From the human T2T-CHM13v2.0 reference genome, Homo sapiens: a stretch of 64,000 nt of DNA. Of this stretch, positions 43,751 through 56,789 are shown in pieces (positions within the stretch are counted from its first letter, which is position 1; every line of letters begins with the position of its first letter). The notes under the pieces were generated by a model, which saw only the letters and a list, made by a program, of their open reading frames with translations, made no database searches and was not told the DNA's origin. The stretch lies in NCBI RefSeq assembly GCF_009914755.1, contig NC_060932.1; one strand, written 5' to 3'. Position numbers and translations under genes: made by a program.

Positions 43751-46539
43751 TAGTAATATTAGATATTACTATGAGCACAATGGCAGGTATATGTGCACAA
43801 AGAAGGTATTTGAAAAATGGGTAGTTATTGCAAAATCAAAAGTTCTCTCATAGTCTATGCAGAAATCTGTGTTATCCTTCTATAGCCTAAGAAGATACTG
43901 AGTTTCTCAAGGAGACATATGAGCATCTGCCAATTTTAGAAAAATAACTAGGTCAGCACACTTACTACACAAAGTACTTGAAAAGCCTCCCTTCCCACTG
44001 CAGAAAATGTTGACATATGCATTTTCCATCATTCGATCCAAAGATGATAGTGGCAAATATCTGGCAGAGCTTTAAGTTACAGCAGAATAACTACCATGAA
44101 GAGGCCATGGTTAATTGCTCAGTTCTCAAGCTCTACCAGGCTACTGTTGTGTTTTTATGATGCTTCCTGCGCATTGCTACTAAGAAAAAAGAATGCTGCT
44201 TTAGTACAACCATCCCCAGAGAGCAGATTCTCATTCCTCTAACACAGCATGTGGTCAATAGAAAGTAAATGTTAAATTCTCTGGCTAACAATTCAATTAA
44301 CTAGTGAGGCCTGAAATGCTGTAATTAACATTTCACATAAAAGTACTGGAGACTATTTACTGAGATCTGAACTGTCAGCCCTGTTAATTATTCAAAGACT
44401 AGTTAACAGTGACGTTGGTCTCCTTGCCCTTTATTGAGACACAACATATTCTAGGTCAGAAAATGGGTCACAGAGTGTGGTTTAGGAAAAATGAAAGGCA
44501 TTAAATTTCTCTGTGGACTGCTCTAATGTCGTATTACTGTTTATACATTGGTTGTGTCCCCACGTGTCATGTAACAATCATCAGCTGCGCAGAAAAACAC
44601 TATCATTCTGGGTAAGATCTGTTCTGTTCACTGATCAATATGTCTATTCTTAGTTCAACATGACGCTGTTTTCATTGTTACCTAGGATCTATCATAGCAT
44701 TAAGACTTATAACATCTTAATATCTCGTAGGCTAGCTTCTCTTTTCTTTATCCTGTTCTTTTCTTCCACATTTTATTAAGAAATGGGTCAAATTTTCTTA
44801 TTTCTTTTCATGCCCCATAATTTTGGATTGACTACTAGGCACTGTGTGTAAAAGAACAGTAGAGAATGAAGTAAATCACATTTATATGCAAAAAAAGAAA
44901 TGCTCCTTCTGTTAGGCTACTAGTATGGGGTCTGAATCCACTTAGACTGTAGTTGACTAGCAAGATCTCTCATGCTTGTGCCAGCAGGAGTCCTGAGGTC
45001 TCTCTCAACTCACCTGCTCCCTCACCTCAATCTTTCTCCTGAGATTCCATAAAGGACTGTGAAAACAGAGGGGCACAGAGAGCCTCTCTGTGTCTGAGGA
45101 TCCTAGAGATACTAAATCATCATATAATACCAGCTCACACTTGGGCTTTAACATCTGTTAACATTTCAACAGATTTCTTTTTCCCTGTGTCTCAGGCAGA
45201 TTCTTCCTCTTCCTGCTACATGCCAAGGATGAGAGCAGTTTGTGGATCTCATCTTTCCTATGAAGGGCTCATCACTTTCTGGATTTCTGTTCATTAGTTT
45301 GTTTGTTTGTTTGTTGTTGTTTTCTTTTTCAGCTATCAATTGGGTTTAAAAACAACATGATTTCTCAGATTGTTCTTATTATTAGGATGAGAGTGGCATA
45401 TTCTTGCAAGTTTCTCAATCTTAAGCTGAAGTAGACGTCCTTTACTTGGGATTCACAATTAACATGGGTCCATAGACTCCTTTTCCTATCTGGTTTTGGA
45501 ATCATGATCATGCTAGGCTCATTTTACATTTTCTGCAACAACATGGAAAGCAATAGAAACTCATTGTTCCTTGAAAGTCTGTTAGAGCTCATCCTTAAAA
45601 CTATAAAGACACTGATATTTGAGGGACAAGATACCTGACTACCATTCTAATTTCTTTAATGCTTATTGACCATTTAAACTTCTTGGTTGTGTGTGTGTGT
45701 GTCAATTTGGTTTTTTCTTTGTTTGTTTTACATATTTATCCATTTTGCCTAATGTTTTAACTTATTGGTGTAATTTTCTTAAGCCTTTGTTTTGGAATAT
45801 TGGAAAACACAGATAGATAAAACCCAGTTCCTGACCTCAAAGAGCTAATAATTGAGAGGCAGATATAAAAGTTATATATAACTACAAAGAAAGGTGATTA
45901 GTTGGCTTCCCAGAGGTAGCACAAAAATTTGATGGTAGTACATTCATATTTGATGAATTTACTCAAATCTAGGGTCTCTTTTGTACACAAGAAATATAAT
46001 CTTAATTGGACTCAGAGAGATTGACTGTCCAGTAAACAAAGTCGTAAGAGACTAATCTGTGAGCATGCATAACAATTTCCTAGAGTGAAGGATCTCCTTT
46101 TCAGTGACTAGATGTCTGCTATCTGCCATCCAGGTCGCATCCTTTCCTAGTGCTGAAGCAAAACAGAAAGATAAATTAGCAATTGGCTTATCGGGACAAT
46201 GTGGTAAAACAAAACAAAACAAAAACACAAAATATATGTTTAAAAATATTTGTTTCATCTATAGTTATTTCTCCTTTTTAATGTTTTATATTGTTTCATT
46301 GCATTTTCTCTTTGTTTTTTCTTAGTCTTTCCAGAAGCCTATCTTTCTAATCCAAAGCACCAGTTAATTTTCTCTATTAATTTTTAGTTGTTTCTTTGAT
46401 TTCTGCACTTATTAATTATTTCCTTTTCTTGTTTCTTTGGGTTTGTTTTGTGACTGTTTTCCAACTTCCTGTGTTGAATACTTAGCACATATTAAATTTA
46501 ATTATGAAAAAATTAAACACATTTAAATTTAAAACACAG

Positions 46540-47133
46540 TGTATTAGTCAGGGTTCCCTAGAGGGACAGAACTAATAGGATAGATAAATATATCTGTATC
46601 TATATATATTTATATCTCCATATATCTCTCTATATCTGTATTTATAGATCTTGTGATTGTGTAAGTTAATACTTATTGAACTCTCATATATATGATATAT
46701 ATATACAGATAGATAGATATAGATAGCTATAGATATATGTATATATATAGGGGAGTTCAATAATTATTAACTTATACCGTCACAAGATCCCACAGTAGGC
46801 TGTCTGCAAGCTTGAGGAGCAAGGAGTGCCAGTCCAAGTCTCAAAACTGAAGAACTTGGAGTCCAGTGTTTGAGGGCAGGAATCATCCAGCACGAGAGAA
46901 AGATGTAGGCTGGGAGGTTAGGCCAGTCTCTCTCCTTTTCACATTTTTCTGCCTGCTTTATATTTGCTGGCAGCTGATTAGATTGTGCCCACCAAATTAA
47001 GGGTGGATCTGCCGTCCCCAGTCCACTGATTGAAATGTTAATCTTTTTTGGCAACACTCTCACAGACACACCCAGGATCAACACTTTGTATAATTCTATT
47101 CAATCAAGTTGACACTCAGTATAAACCATCACA
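46540..47133 (-). mobile_element. MLT2A (ERVL) solo LTR with expanded internal (TA)-rich tract
   Basis: TGTATTAGTCAGGGTTCCCTAGAGGGACAGAACTAATAGGAT ... GCTGATTAGATTGTGCCCACC ... CAATCAAGTTGACACTCAGTATAAACCATCACA. Confidence 0.93.
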
Positions 47134-48800
47134 CATATAAATAGAGAGAATAGTACAATGTGCCTTAATGTGCTCATCAACCAAGTTCAACTATGCTCAA
47201 GTCATGGCCTATCTTATTTCTTCTGTATCTCCATTTCTCTTCCCTTTACTATTTGGAGGGAAATCCTAGACAGTATATCATTCATAAATATTTTAGTGTC
47301 AGATGTGAAAGATAAGATTTTAAACACTTAATCAAACTGCCATTATTATATCTTTGAAAATAAAGAAGTAACACCTTAGTATTATTAAATAAATATTCAG
47401 TCCATATTCAAATTTCAATGATTATCTCCCATTAGTCTGAATCCATACACTGTACTTGGTTGGCTAATATGTCTTTTAAATCTCCTTCAATTTATAAATT
47501 CTTTCCTCTCTTTTTTTTTGTTTCTTGCAATTTATTTGTTGAGGAAATCAGTTTATTTGTCCTGTAGCATGTCCTACAGCCTAGAATTTGCTATCTGCAT
47601 TCCTGTGCTGTCAGCTAACATGTTCTTTCATCACCTGTGCTGCTTGCTTTTTGTAGTTGAAGTCAAATCAGACTTCGAGTTGCTTTTCTGGCAAGACTAT
47701 TGCATTTTTAATATTGTATGTTTCCATTGAGAGGCTCATAATGTCTAGCTGTCTTTCTTTTTTGTGATATTGGCGGCCACCAATAATCACTGCCTAGATT
47801 CACTAATGCTTTGGAGTTTTTAAAGTGATGAGATTCTAACTTCTTAATTTTTTCTTCTTTTGGTAGCTCAAATGCTTTTACAAAAAGAAACTTCCACTAC
47901 TAGCTATTTGGTTAGATTGAACATAATTCAGTTTGGAAAGAAACGATGGGTGCTTTGTTTTGTTTTCTCTTTTTATTTACATGATAGCTTTCAAAATAAT
48001 AAGTTGATTCCTCCACTATTCCTCAAAGATGAGTAATCAAGATTTTGTGTCCTTATGAACTCATGGATTTAAACATATGATACATTTAAACTTATATTTC
48101 TATTATTATTCGTATTGATGCTCAAATTATCCCATCTGTGGCCAGTGGGAGCCTTTCAAGTTAGTTTTTGAGTCTAATTTGTATGATCTTAGTAGTCTCT
48201 GATAGAATTTTTGTTCACTTTTTAATTTATTTCTGTTTTCTGCAAAGAAGCTCTCAAGACAACTATGTCTTGAGAAAATATTCTAGATTTACCTTGTATA
48301 TATCGTCCCCATATCTGTAATCAGGCATTTCCTCCAGGAACTGTGTTTCCATTTAAAGGAAAATGGCATTTGGAAACCCTGAAGCTGAACACTACAGAAT
48401 TGGTCATTGTCTCTAGATATTGTTAATGGACAGTTTTTTTAAAAAAATCATTTTTATAACCTGATAAAGTTATTTAAACTACACATTTACTTCTAAGTTC
48501 TGTTTCAGCCACACACTACACATTTTGACTACCATTTTTATTATAATTCCATTGTAAATATTTCCTAATTTTCCTTACAATTTCCTTTTAATTTAAGTGT
48601 TATTTGGTAATATGTTATTTAATTTCTAAATATACGGGGGTTTTTTAAGCTTTATGTTTTTATTTTATAATTTTGTTTCCTATGGTCACAGAACATAGTC
48701 AGTGTGATATTGATCCTTTGCAACACACAGAGGTTTCTGTTATGGCCTAATAATTACCCACATTTGTAAAAGTTTTCTATTTTATATATAAAAATGTAGA
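47134..48800 (-). mobile_element. Ancient L1 (L1MC4/5-like) fragments
   Basis: TAGAGAGAATAGTACAATG...; TTGATGCTCAAATTATCCCATCTGTGGCCAGTGGGAGCC; TATGGTCACAGAACATAGTC. Boundaries approximate. Confidence 0.6.
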
Positions 48801-49095
48801 ATCCTTTGGTCCTAAGAATTTGGAGAAGTCTAGTGTGAATTTCCAAGAATTTCTTCTCAGGCTTCATCTGTTTTTGTTATTTTTCAGCCCAGTAGGGCTT
48901 TTGTGCTGCTCAGATGTTACCAGTGGATGCAGGCTTCAGTGACCAAGACCATCAAGGCTACCGATATTATCAGTAAAAGGGCAGGCAACTATTCTCCCAA
49001 GGTAAGGCCAGAAGAAAGCATTCTTTCAATCAAACATTTCCCTGCTGTCTCCAGCTCCCATCTGTCCTGGAATCCAGCTGCTCACATATGCAAAC

Positions 49096-49147
49096 ACCAC
49101 ACACACACACACACACAGACACACACACACACACACACACACACACA
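49096..49147. repeat. (CA)n microsatellite
   Basis: About 25 CA units with one GA interruption. Confidence 0.97.
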
Positions 49148-50365
49148 AGTTCAATATAGATTTCAATCTGGCCTGAAGTTTTTCACGGTTTATTGATTCT
49201 CTCTGACTTCTGTATATCCTCCAGATTTGATTTCGATCCAGTAACTTATGCTAGTTCACTATCATGGTAGGAACCAGAAGCTTCCTGTCTATTCTTAGGT
49301 TAAGTTATAGGATTAACAGCATTCGAAAATTAATTCATAGATAGCATCTAAGACATCACCTCCAAACTTGAATGTGATGTGAAATGGTCTTTAAAGCACA
49401 CTAGCCTCAGTTCTCCTAATTTTGGGGAGTAAGGGTACTCAGACTTCTGTAAAGTCATCAACATCCTCAAGTAATAATATCTCCAGAAGATTTTAAGCAG
49501 AAAAGAAGAAGATTGGAAAATTGAGATAAATGTGCGTGCTCAAGGCAAGACGTTTTATTTAATGGGGGAAAAGATGAAGACAGGGAGAAACAAGTCTCAA
49601 ACATGCTCTAACATAATGTTAAAGCAAGCAAAGGTGATATTCCCCCAAGGCAGCTAATTATATTGTAGCAAGCATTCCCATGAAATAATGGATAACTTTC
49701 ATCTGATCTTTGAGTACCTCTGATCTCAGGAAAACACAGGGCTATATGTATACAGAAGTGAATATTTTTAAATCACCCTTTAAAAAGGAGCATATTCATT
49801 TTTATGGGTGTTTATTTTTTTCTGTTTGTGGAAGTATCAAATGTCTTTTATAGAAAATGCAGAAAATTATTTTAAAGTGAAAATATAATTTCAAGCACCA
49901 TAGAAAATTATTGTTCTTCATTACCATAGCATTTTGCTATAGCAGTGTCCAATCTTTAAAAATGTGTATGAATAATTAAATATGAATTGTATATATGTAC
50001 ACACCTTTATGTAATATGCATAATGTATGTAGATTTAATAACCTTTATAAAATTGATAACATTCTTTCTTACAGTTTTGTGTTATATAGTATAGTGGTTA
50101 GAATATATAAATTTAATATCCAGCTATACTAGTCATTAACTGTGGGATCTTGGACAAGCTACTGAACCTCTCCAATATTTTATCATTGATGCATATTTTC
50201 AGCCTGGAATTTAAAGATCTAGCTGCGTTTTTATTAATATATAGCTATATTTCCTATAATCATCTATTTAACAATGTATTCCTTTCTAACTAGACTGTAG
50301 TCCTTCCTTTACCATAGAGTGAGTTCTTATGTCTATACTAAAATTTGTTTTAGTCTATTTAGCTG

Positions 50366-50369
<4 letters not shown>

Positions 50370-50411
<42 letters not shown>
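50370..50411. repeat. (AT)21 microsatellite
   Basis: Perfect alternating AT tract. Confidence 0.98.
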
Positions 50412-50413
<2 letters not shown>

Positions 50414-50689
50414 TTAGTGAATACCCCTGTTTAGATCAGCTATAAAATGTATTTTAATATCTAGTATGGCAATCTTCACCACTGTATTATTTGCAATATA
50501 ACATTAGTTTTTTTTCTCATCCATTTATTATTATAGAAGAAGAACATTAGGAATATTTTGTCTTAAAAACTCTCCTTAAAATAATGTATATCTTTATAGT
50601 ATTCGTAGTACTTTCTGTAACTGTTCACATTGTGCCTACCAGTTTTAGGCTAGAAGATGTTGCAGGTGTTTCCTGTGCATTATATTTCA

Positions 50690-50825
50690 TCCCTTCAAAA
50701 ACCAGTTCAGATAGATAAAATTATAGCCATTTTTAAGTGAAGAAACTAAAGTTCAGGCAAATAAGTAACATGGTCAAGGTCACAAAATTAGTAAGTAGCA
50801 GAAATAAAATTTGAATCCAGATATA
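50690..50825 (-). mobile_element. MIR SINE
   Basis: CCATTTTTAAGTGAAGAAACTAAAGTTCAG...AAGTAAC...CAAGGTCACA...AGTAAGTAGCAGA...ATTTGAATCCAG. Confidence 0.75.
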
Positions 50826-51354
50826 CGTATTTTTTATTTCAACAATGTTACAGTCTTCTTTGCATAGTGTCACACTGCTCTTTTCAACCGGGAAAGTGAA
50901 TAATTGCTTTACTTATATATTTGGTAAGGCACATTTGGAAAAAAGGAAGAACATTCCACCTACAAGAAAAGAGAAAGAAAGACAGTTGCAGGAAGGACTG
51001 ACTGGAGAGGAAGTGTCTGGAAATGGGGTCTGAGTTCAATGCCACGAACAAGCAAATGCTAGGCATGTTGCGAACAAGAAGCAAGCATATTAGGTCATCC
51101 AGCTGTCACCATACTTTATTTCCTGCTCAGAGTTCAATGGTCCTTGTGTTTTGCTCCCAAATTCTATTTAAGTATGCTGGGTTTTATGTGAAAATGCCAT
51201 GATAAATAAACATAAGAATAAAAAGAATAAGAGCTATCATTTTGTCAGTCATATCATGTACTAACTCGTCATCTGATTACTTAATCTAATTCTGATTTTT
51301 CTTAATTTATGCATGTGGAAACTGAGCCTCAGAGACATTATCTAATTTGGCAAA

Positions 51355-51359
51355 ACACA

Positions 51360-51392
<33 letters not shown>
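51355..51392. repeat. (CA)n microsatellite within a MIR relic
   Basis: CA tract after GGAAACTGAGCCTCAGAGA (MIR core). Confidence 0.9.
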
Positions 51393-51395
<3 letters not shown>

Positions 51396-52870
51396 TAAAT
51401 TAATTAAGAAAATACAAACCTTCAAAACTTATAGCTATTAAGTTATAGAGATGGAATCCAAACCAACATCTGAGTATGTCACTGACTTACCACAATAAAG
51501 TTGGGGTAAGATTGCGAGGTTATCAACTGCAAGTAAGGCTGTAAAGACATATCTAACCTGTCAACTGATTTTACGACCTCCAGCCACAAGTAGTGACAAA
51601 GCCAGGCTAGATGCTGAGTTTTTCTTTATTGTTTCCAGCCAAAAACAGAGGCCAAATCCACAACTGTCCCTGATTAATAAATGAGAAGCAAAGGGAGCAA
51701 TCTGGTACCACTGTGAGAAACTAGCTTATGACTCATGTATCTGGAAGTAGAACATGATGTTTCCTTATGCTCTCAGGAGGACCTTGCCTTTATTTGCCCT
51801 ACAGCACTTTCCCCTCTGTTTCATTTAAACTCTAGAAATGCTGGATATGGTCAGCGTAAGTTGTATTTGTAATTTCTTAAAGAAGTACAAAAGTTAGACA
51901 ATTACCAAGGTGGTAGGAAAAGTACCACTCCAGCTGGTTACAAGTATACATATCTCCTATAGATCCAGAAATAATTGCTCAACATCCCTTCTTCATTAGA
52001 CTGCAAGGTCCTTAAGGGCAGCAGTAATAATAATTAACAGTTGTTCATTTAGTGTTTTCTCAAGATAAGCTATCATACTTGAGTCCTCACAACAACTGTA
52101 GAGGTAGAATGTATTATCATAGACTTTTCAAGCTGTTCCAAATGCAAAACAGGGAATTCAAAGCAAACTGTCTGTAGTAACACTGGTAGTGGATGATGGG
52201 TTGAGTTGGAATGCAGCAAATGAGCTGTGGGACATGCTAGGGTCTCAGTGACACAGACTAGTAATAAAGAGAGGGAAGCACTAACTGAAAAGCCATCAAC
52301 ACAGCTACTAGTTGTGAGAAGATTGGCTCTTGGCAAGGTATGACAATCACTGTGCGGGGAGGAGGTTATTAACATGATTAACATGGATATAGTTTGGGTC
52401 ATCTTTTGTGCAATAAAATATTTATTAAACATTTTAAATCATGTTGTGTAGTGATTAGCATAGTATCTGGAACATGGTAGGGACAAAATAAATGTTTAAT
52501 GAGTAAATCAACTTGGATATTTCCAATGACACAGACTTACCTCCTGGTAGAGCCTATATTGCTGAAACTGGTCTTCATGAGAGCCATGTCTGTCTTTGGC
52601 CTTGTTGAGCCAATAGTAGAATAGAGTTTTGCTTTTAGGAAGATACATGACGAGACTTCAAAAACTTCATGGAAATGGAATTAAAAGATAAAAATAAAAA
52701 TAAAAACTTTATTTTCCAGCCTAAGCTTCACCAAGGTCAGGACACCTTGGAAGCAATGATAACAGCTATTTAGTCCATCCCTAAGGAACTGAGGGTTCTA
52801 GGAATTTAATCATGTCAATTCAGCCTTTTTTACATTGTTAACTGAATAAAAATGGATGTGTTTTAAATAA

Positions 52871-53169
52871 TTTTTTTTTTTTTTTTTTGAGATGGAGTCT
52901 CACCCTGTTGCCTGGGCTGGAGTGCAGTGGCACCATCTTGGCTCACTGCAAGCTCCGCCTCCCGGGTTCACGCCATTCTCCTGCCTCAGCCTCCTGAGTA
53001 GCTGGGACTACAGGCACCCGCCACCACACCTGGCTAATTTTTTGTATTTTTAGTAGAGATGGGGTTTCACCGTGTTAGCTAGGATGGTCTCGATCTCCTG
53101 ACCTCGTGAACCGCCCGCCTCGGCCTCCCAAAGTGCTGGGATTACAGGCGTGAGCCACCATGCCGAGCC
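52871..53169 (-). mobile_element. AluY inside HSMAR2
   Basis: GCAAGCTCCGCCTCCCGGGTTCACGCCATTCTCC; TSD TAAATAATTTTTT. Confidence 0.97.
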
Positions 53170-54170
53170 TAAATAATTTTTTTTAAGACTAAGAAACAAA
53201 AAAAGTAGGAGCCAAATCAGAACTGTGAGGTGGATGCCTAATGATTTCCCACTGAAACTCTCATAAAATTGCATTTGTTTGATAAGAGGAATGAGCAGCA
53301 GCACTGCCATGGTGGAGAAGGACTCTGGTGAAGTGTTCCAGGCATGTTCCTGCTCAAACTTTGGCTAACTTTCTCAAAACCCTCTCACAATAAGTAGATG
53401 TTATCATTCTTTGGCCCTCCAAAAAGTCAACAAACAAAATGCCTCGAGCATCCCCAAAAACTGTTGCCATGACCTTTGCTCTTGACTAGTTGGCTTTTGC
53501 TTTTTGATTGGACCCCTTCTACTTCTTGGTAGCCATTGCTTTGATTGTGTTTTGTCTTCAGGATCATACTGGTAAAGCCATTTTTCATTTCCTATTATAA
53601 TTCCTCGAAGAAATGCTTCAGGATCTTGATCCCACTTGTTTAAAATTTCCATTGAAAGCTCTGCTTTCATCTGCAGCTGACTTGGCTGCAACGGTTTTGG
53701 CACCCATTGAATAGAAAGTTTGCTCAACTTTAAATTTTTCAGTCAGAATTGTGTAAGTTGAGCCAGTTGAGATGTCTGTGGTGTTGGCTATTATTTGTGC
53801 TGTTAATAATTTGTCCTCTTCAATTAAGTCATGGACAAGATGAATTTTTTCCATGAAAACTGATATGGATGATTAGTGGCTGCAGGTTTCATTTCAACAT
53901 TGTCTTGTCCCTTCTTAAAATGAGTTATCTACTTACAAACTAGTGACTTTGTTACCATAGACTCCTTGTAAAGCATCAATGATTTCACTATTTTTCCATC
54001 CAAGTTTCATCAGAAAAATTTGATGTTTCCTCAGCAGAATCCATGTTGCTATGATAGGGGCTCTTTTCAAACTGATGTCTTATTCTTCTTCTTAGTATTC
54101 CAAAGTAGATCCTGCTCACACTTGTTATACCTAGTTAATATAAGTTTATGTTGGTGCAAAAAACTTTTGA

Positions 54171-54492
<322 letters not shown>

Positions 54493-54494
54493 AG

Positions 54495-55628
54495 TATATG
54501 TATGTATTATATGTATTTATTATATATTTATATATAATAAATATATAAATATATAATATATTTATAAATTTAATATATATAATAAATAAATATATAAATA
54601 TAATATAAAATATATAATATATAGTTATATATATTATAATATATATAAATATAATATATATAATAAATATATAAATATAAAAAATATAAAAAATATATAA
54701 ATATAATATAAAATATATACTCTATAATATACATTATATATTATTAAATATATATAATATATATTATTAAATATATATAATATATATTATTAAATGTATA
54801 TAACATATATTATTAAATATATATAATATATTATTAATATATATAATATATATTATTAAATATATATTATATGTATTTATTAAATATATATAATATGTAT
54901 TTATTAAATATATATTATATGTATTTAATAAATATATATAATATATATTATACATTATATATTATATAATATATATTTATTATATATTATATATTACATA
55001 TTATATATTATATATTACATATTATATATTTATTGTATATTATATATTACATATTATATTACATATATTATAATATTACATATTATTATATAATTATATA
55101 TTATATATAATATAATTATAGAATATTATATATTACATATTATATATTTATTATATATCATATAATACATATATAATATATATTATAATTTATTATATAT
55201 TATATATTATATAACATAATTTATTATATATTTTATATAATATAATTTACTATATATTATATAATATAATTTACTATATATTATATAATTTACTATATAT
55301 TATATAATATAATTTACTATATATTATATAATATAATTTACTATATATTATATAATATAATTTACTATATATTATATATTATATAATTTACTATATATTA
55401 TATATTATATAATTTACTATATATTATATATTATATAATTTACTATATATTATATATTATATAATATAATTTACTATATATTATATATTATATAATTTAC
55501 TATATATTATATATTATATAATATAATTTACTATATATTATATATTATATAATATAATTTACTATATATTATATATTATATAATACAATTTATTATATAT
55601 TATATATTATATAATATAATTTATTATA
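54495..55628. repeat. ~1.1 kb AT-rich micro/minisatellite
   Basis: Almost only A/T; distal part built of variants of TATATAT(TATATAT)TATATA(ATATA)ATTTAC. Confidence 0.97.
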
Positions 55629-55881
55629 CTTTCCATGAACTTTTTGAAGTCACCCTGTAGTTTACATATGAATAGGAATTAGGAAAAGAGCTGGTGCAAA
55701 TGCCAAGCTGGGAATACATTACTATACACTGTCAATTAGCAAATGGAAAAAGAAAGAGCAGAAAATATCATCATCAATTTTACGCTTTTCCTAAGGTTCA
55801 AGAGAAGAAAAGAGGAGTAGCTGAAAAACAGGAGATTTTGAATATAGGAGAGAATAAAAGAAAAAAAGCAAGACTTAACAG

Positions 55882-56122
55882 TATCTCTGTTTCCTGTGAT
55901 GGTTGTAACAAAGTACCGAAGTTGTGCTTTAACATTAGACATTTATTCTTTCACAGTTTTCGAGGCTAGAAGTAAAAAATCAAGGTGTTATCAGGGTCAT
56001 GCTGCCTCCAAAGGGCTTATGGAAGAATCTTTCCTCACTTTTAGCTTCTGATTGTTGCTGGCAATTCCTAATGCTCCTTGTCTTGTAGATGCGTCTCTCC
56101 AATCTCTGCCTCCATTGTTTCC
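55882..56122 (-). mobile_element. MLT1C-like LTR fragment
   Basis: TGTAACAAAGTACC...ATTTATTCTTTCACAGTT...GAGGCTAGAAGT...AATCAAGGTGT...CTTGTAGATGCGTCTCTCCAATCTCTGCCTCC. Confidence 0.8.
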
Positions 56123-56129
56123 TAGTTTT

Positions 56130-56331
56130 CAGTACTTAGTTATGGTAGCTCTAAGACCCTAATACAGGCTTTGTACAGAAAAATGGGATGTTGCTCTTAT
56201 AAATACTTTAAAATATGGAAGGTTAATGGGTAGAGTCTAGAAGAATTTTAAGGCACTTAATACAGAAAAAGGCTAAATTATCTGGAAGAGGCATCTAACG
56301 TACTGAATAATGGAATAAAAATGTCTATCTT
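56130..56331 (+). mobile_element. MaLR LTR end plus internal-sequence relic (resumes ~56716-56780)
   Basis: GTTATGGTAGC...CTAATACA then GGGATGTTGCT...AATGGGTAGAG...GAAGAATTT; after the Alu, ATTGTATTTTGGAAGCAGATAACTT...TTTTACAGG. Confidence 0.55.
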
Positions 56332-56715
<384 letters not shown>

Positions 56716-56789
56716 TCAACTATTGTATTTTGGAAGCAGATAACTTATCTTCTAGTTTTACAGGTCTACAGATAGAGAAGTTCTGTCCA

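Noticed and set aside
53404-53854. Domesticated transposase (SETMAR-like) gene
   Set aside because: Frameshifted, catalytic motif degenerate, Alu-interrupted; matches HSMAR2 rather than HSMAR1.
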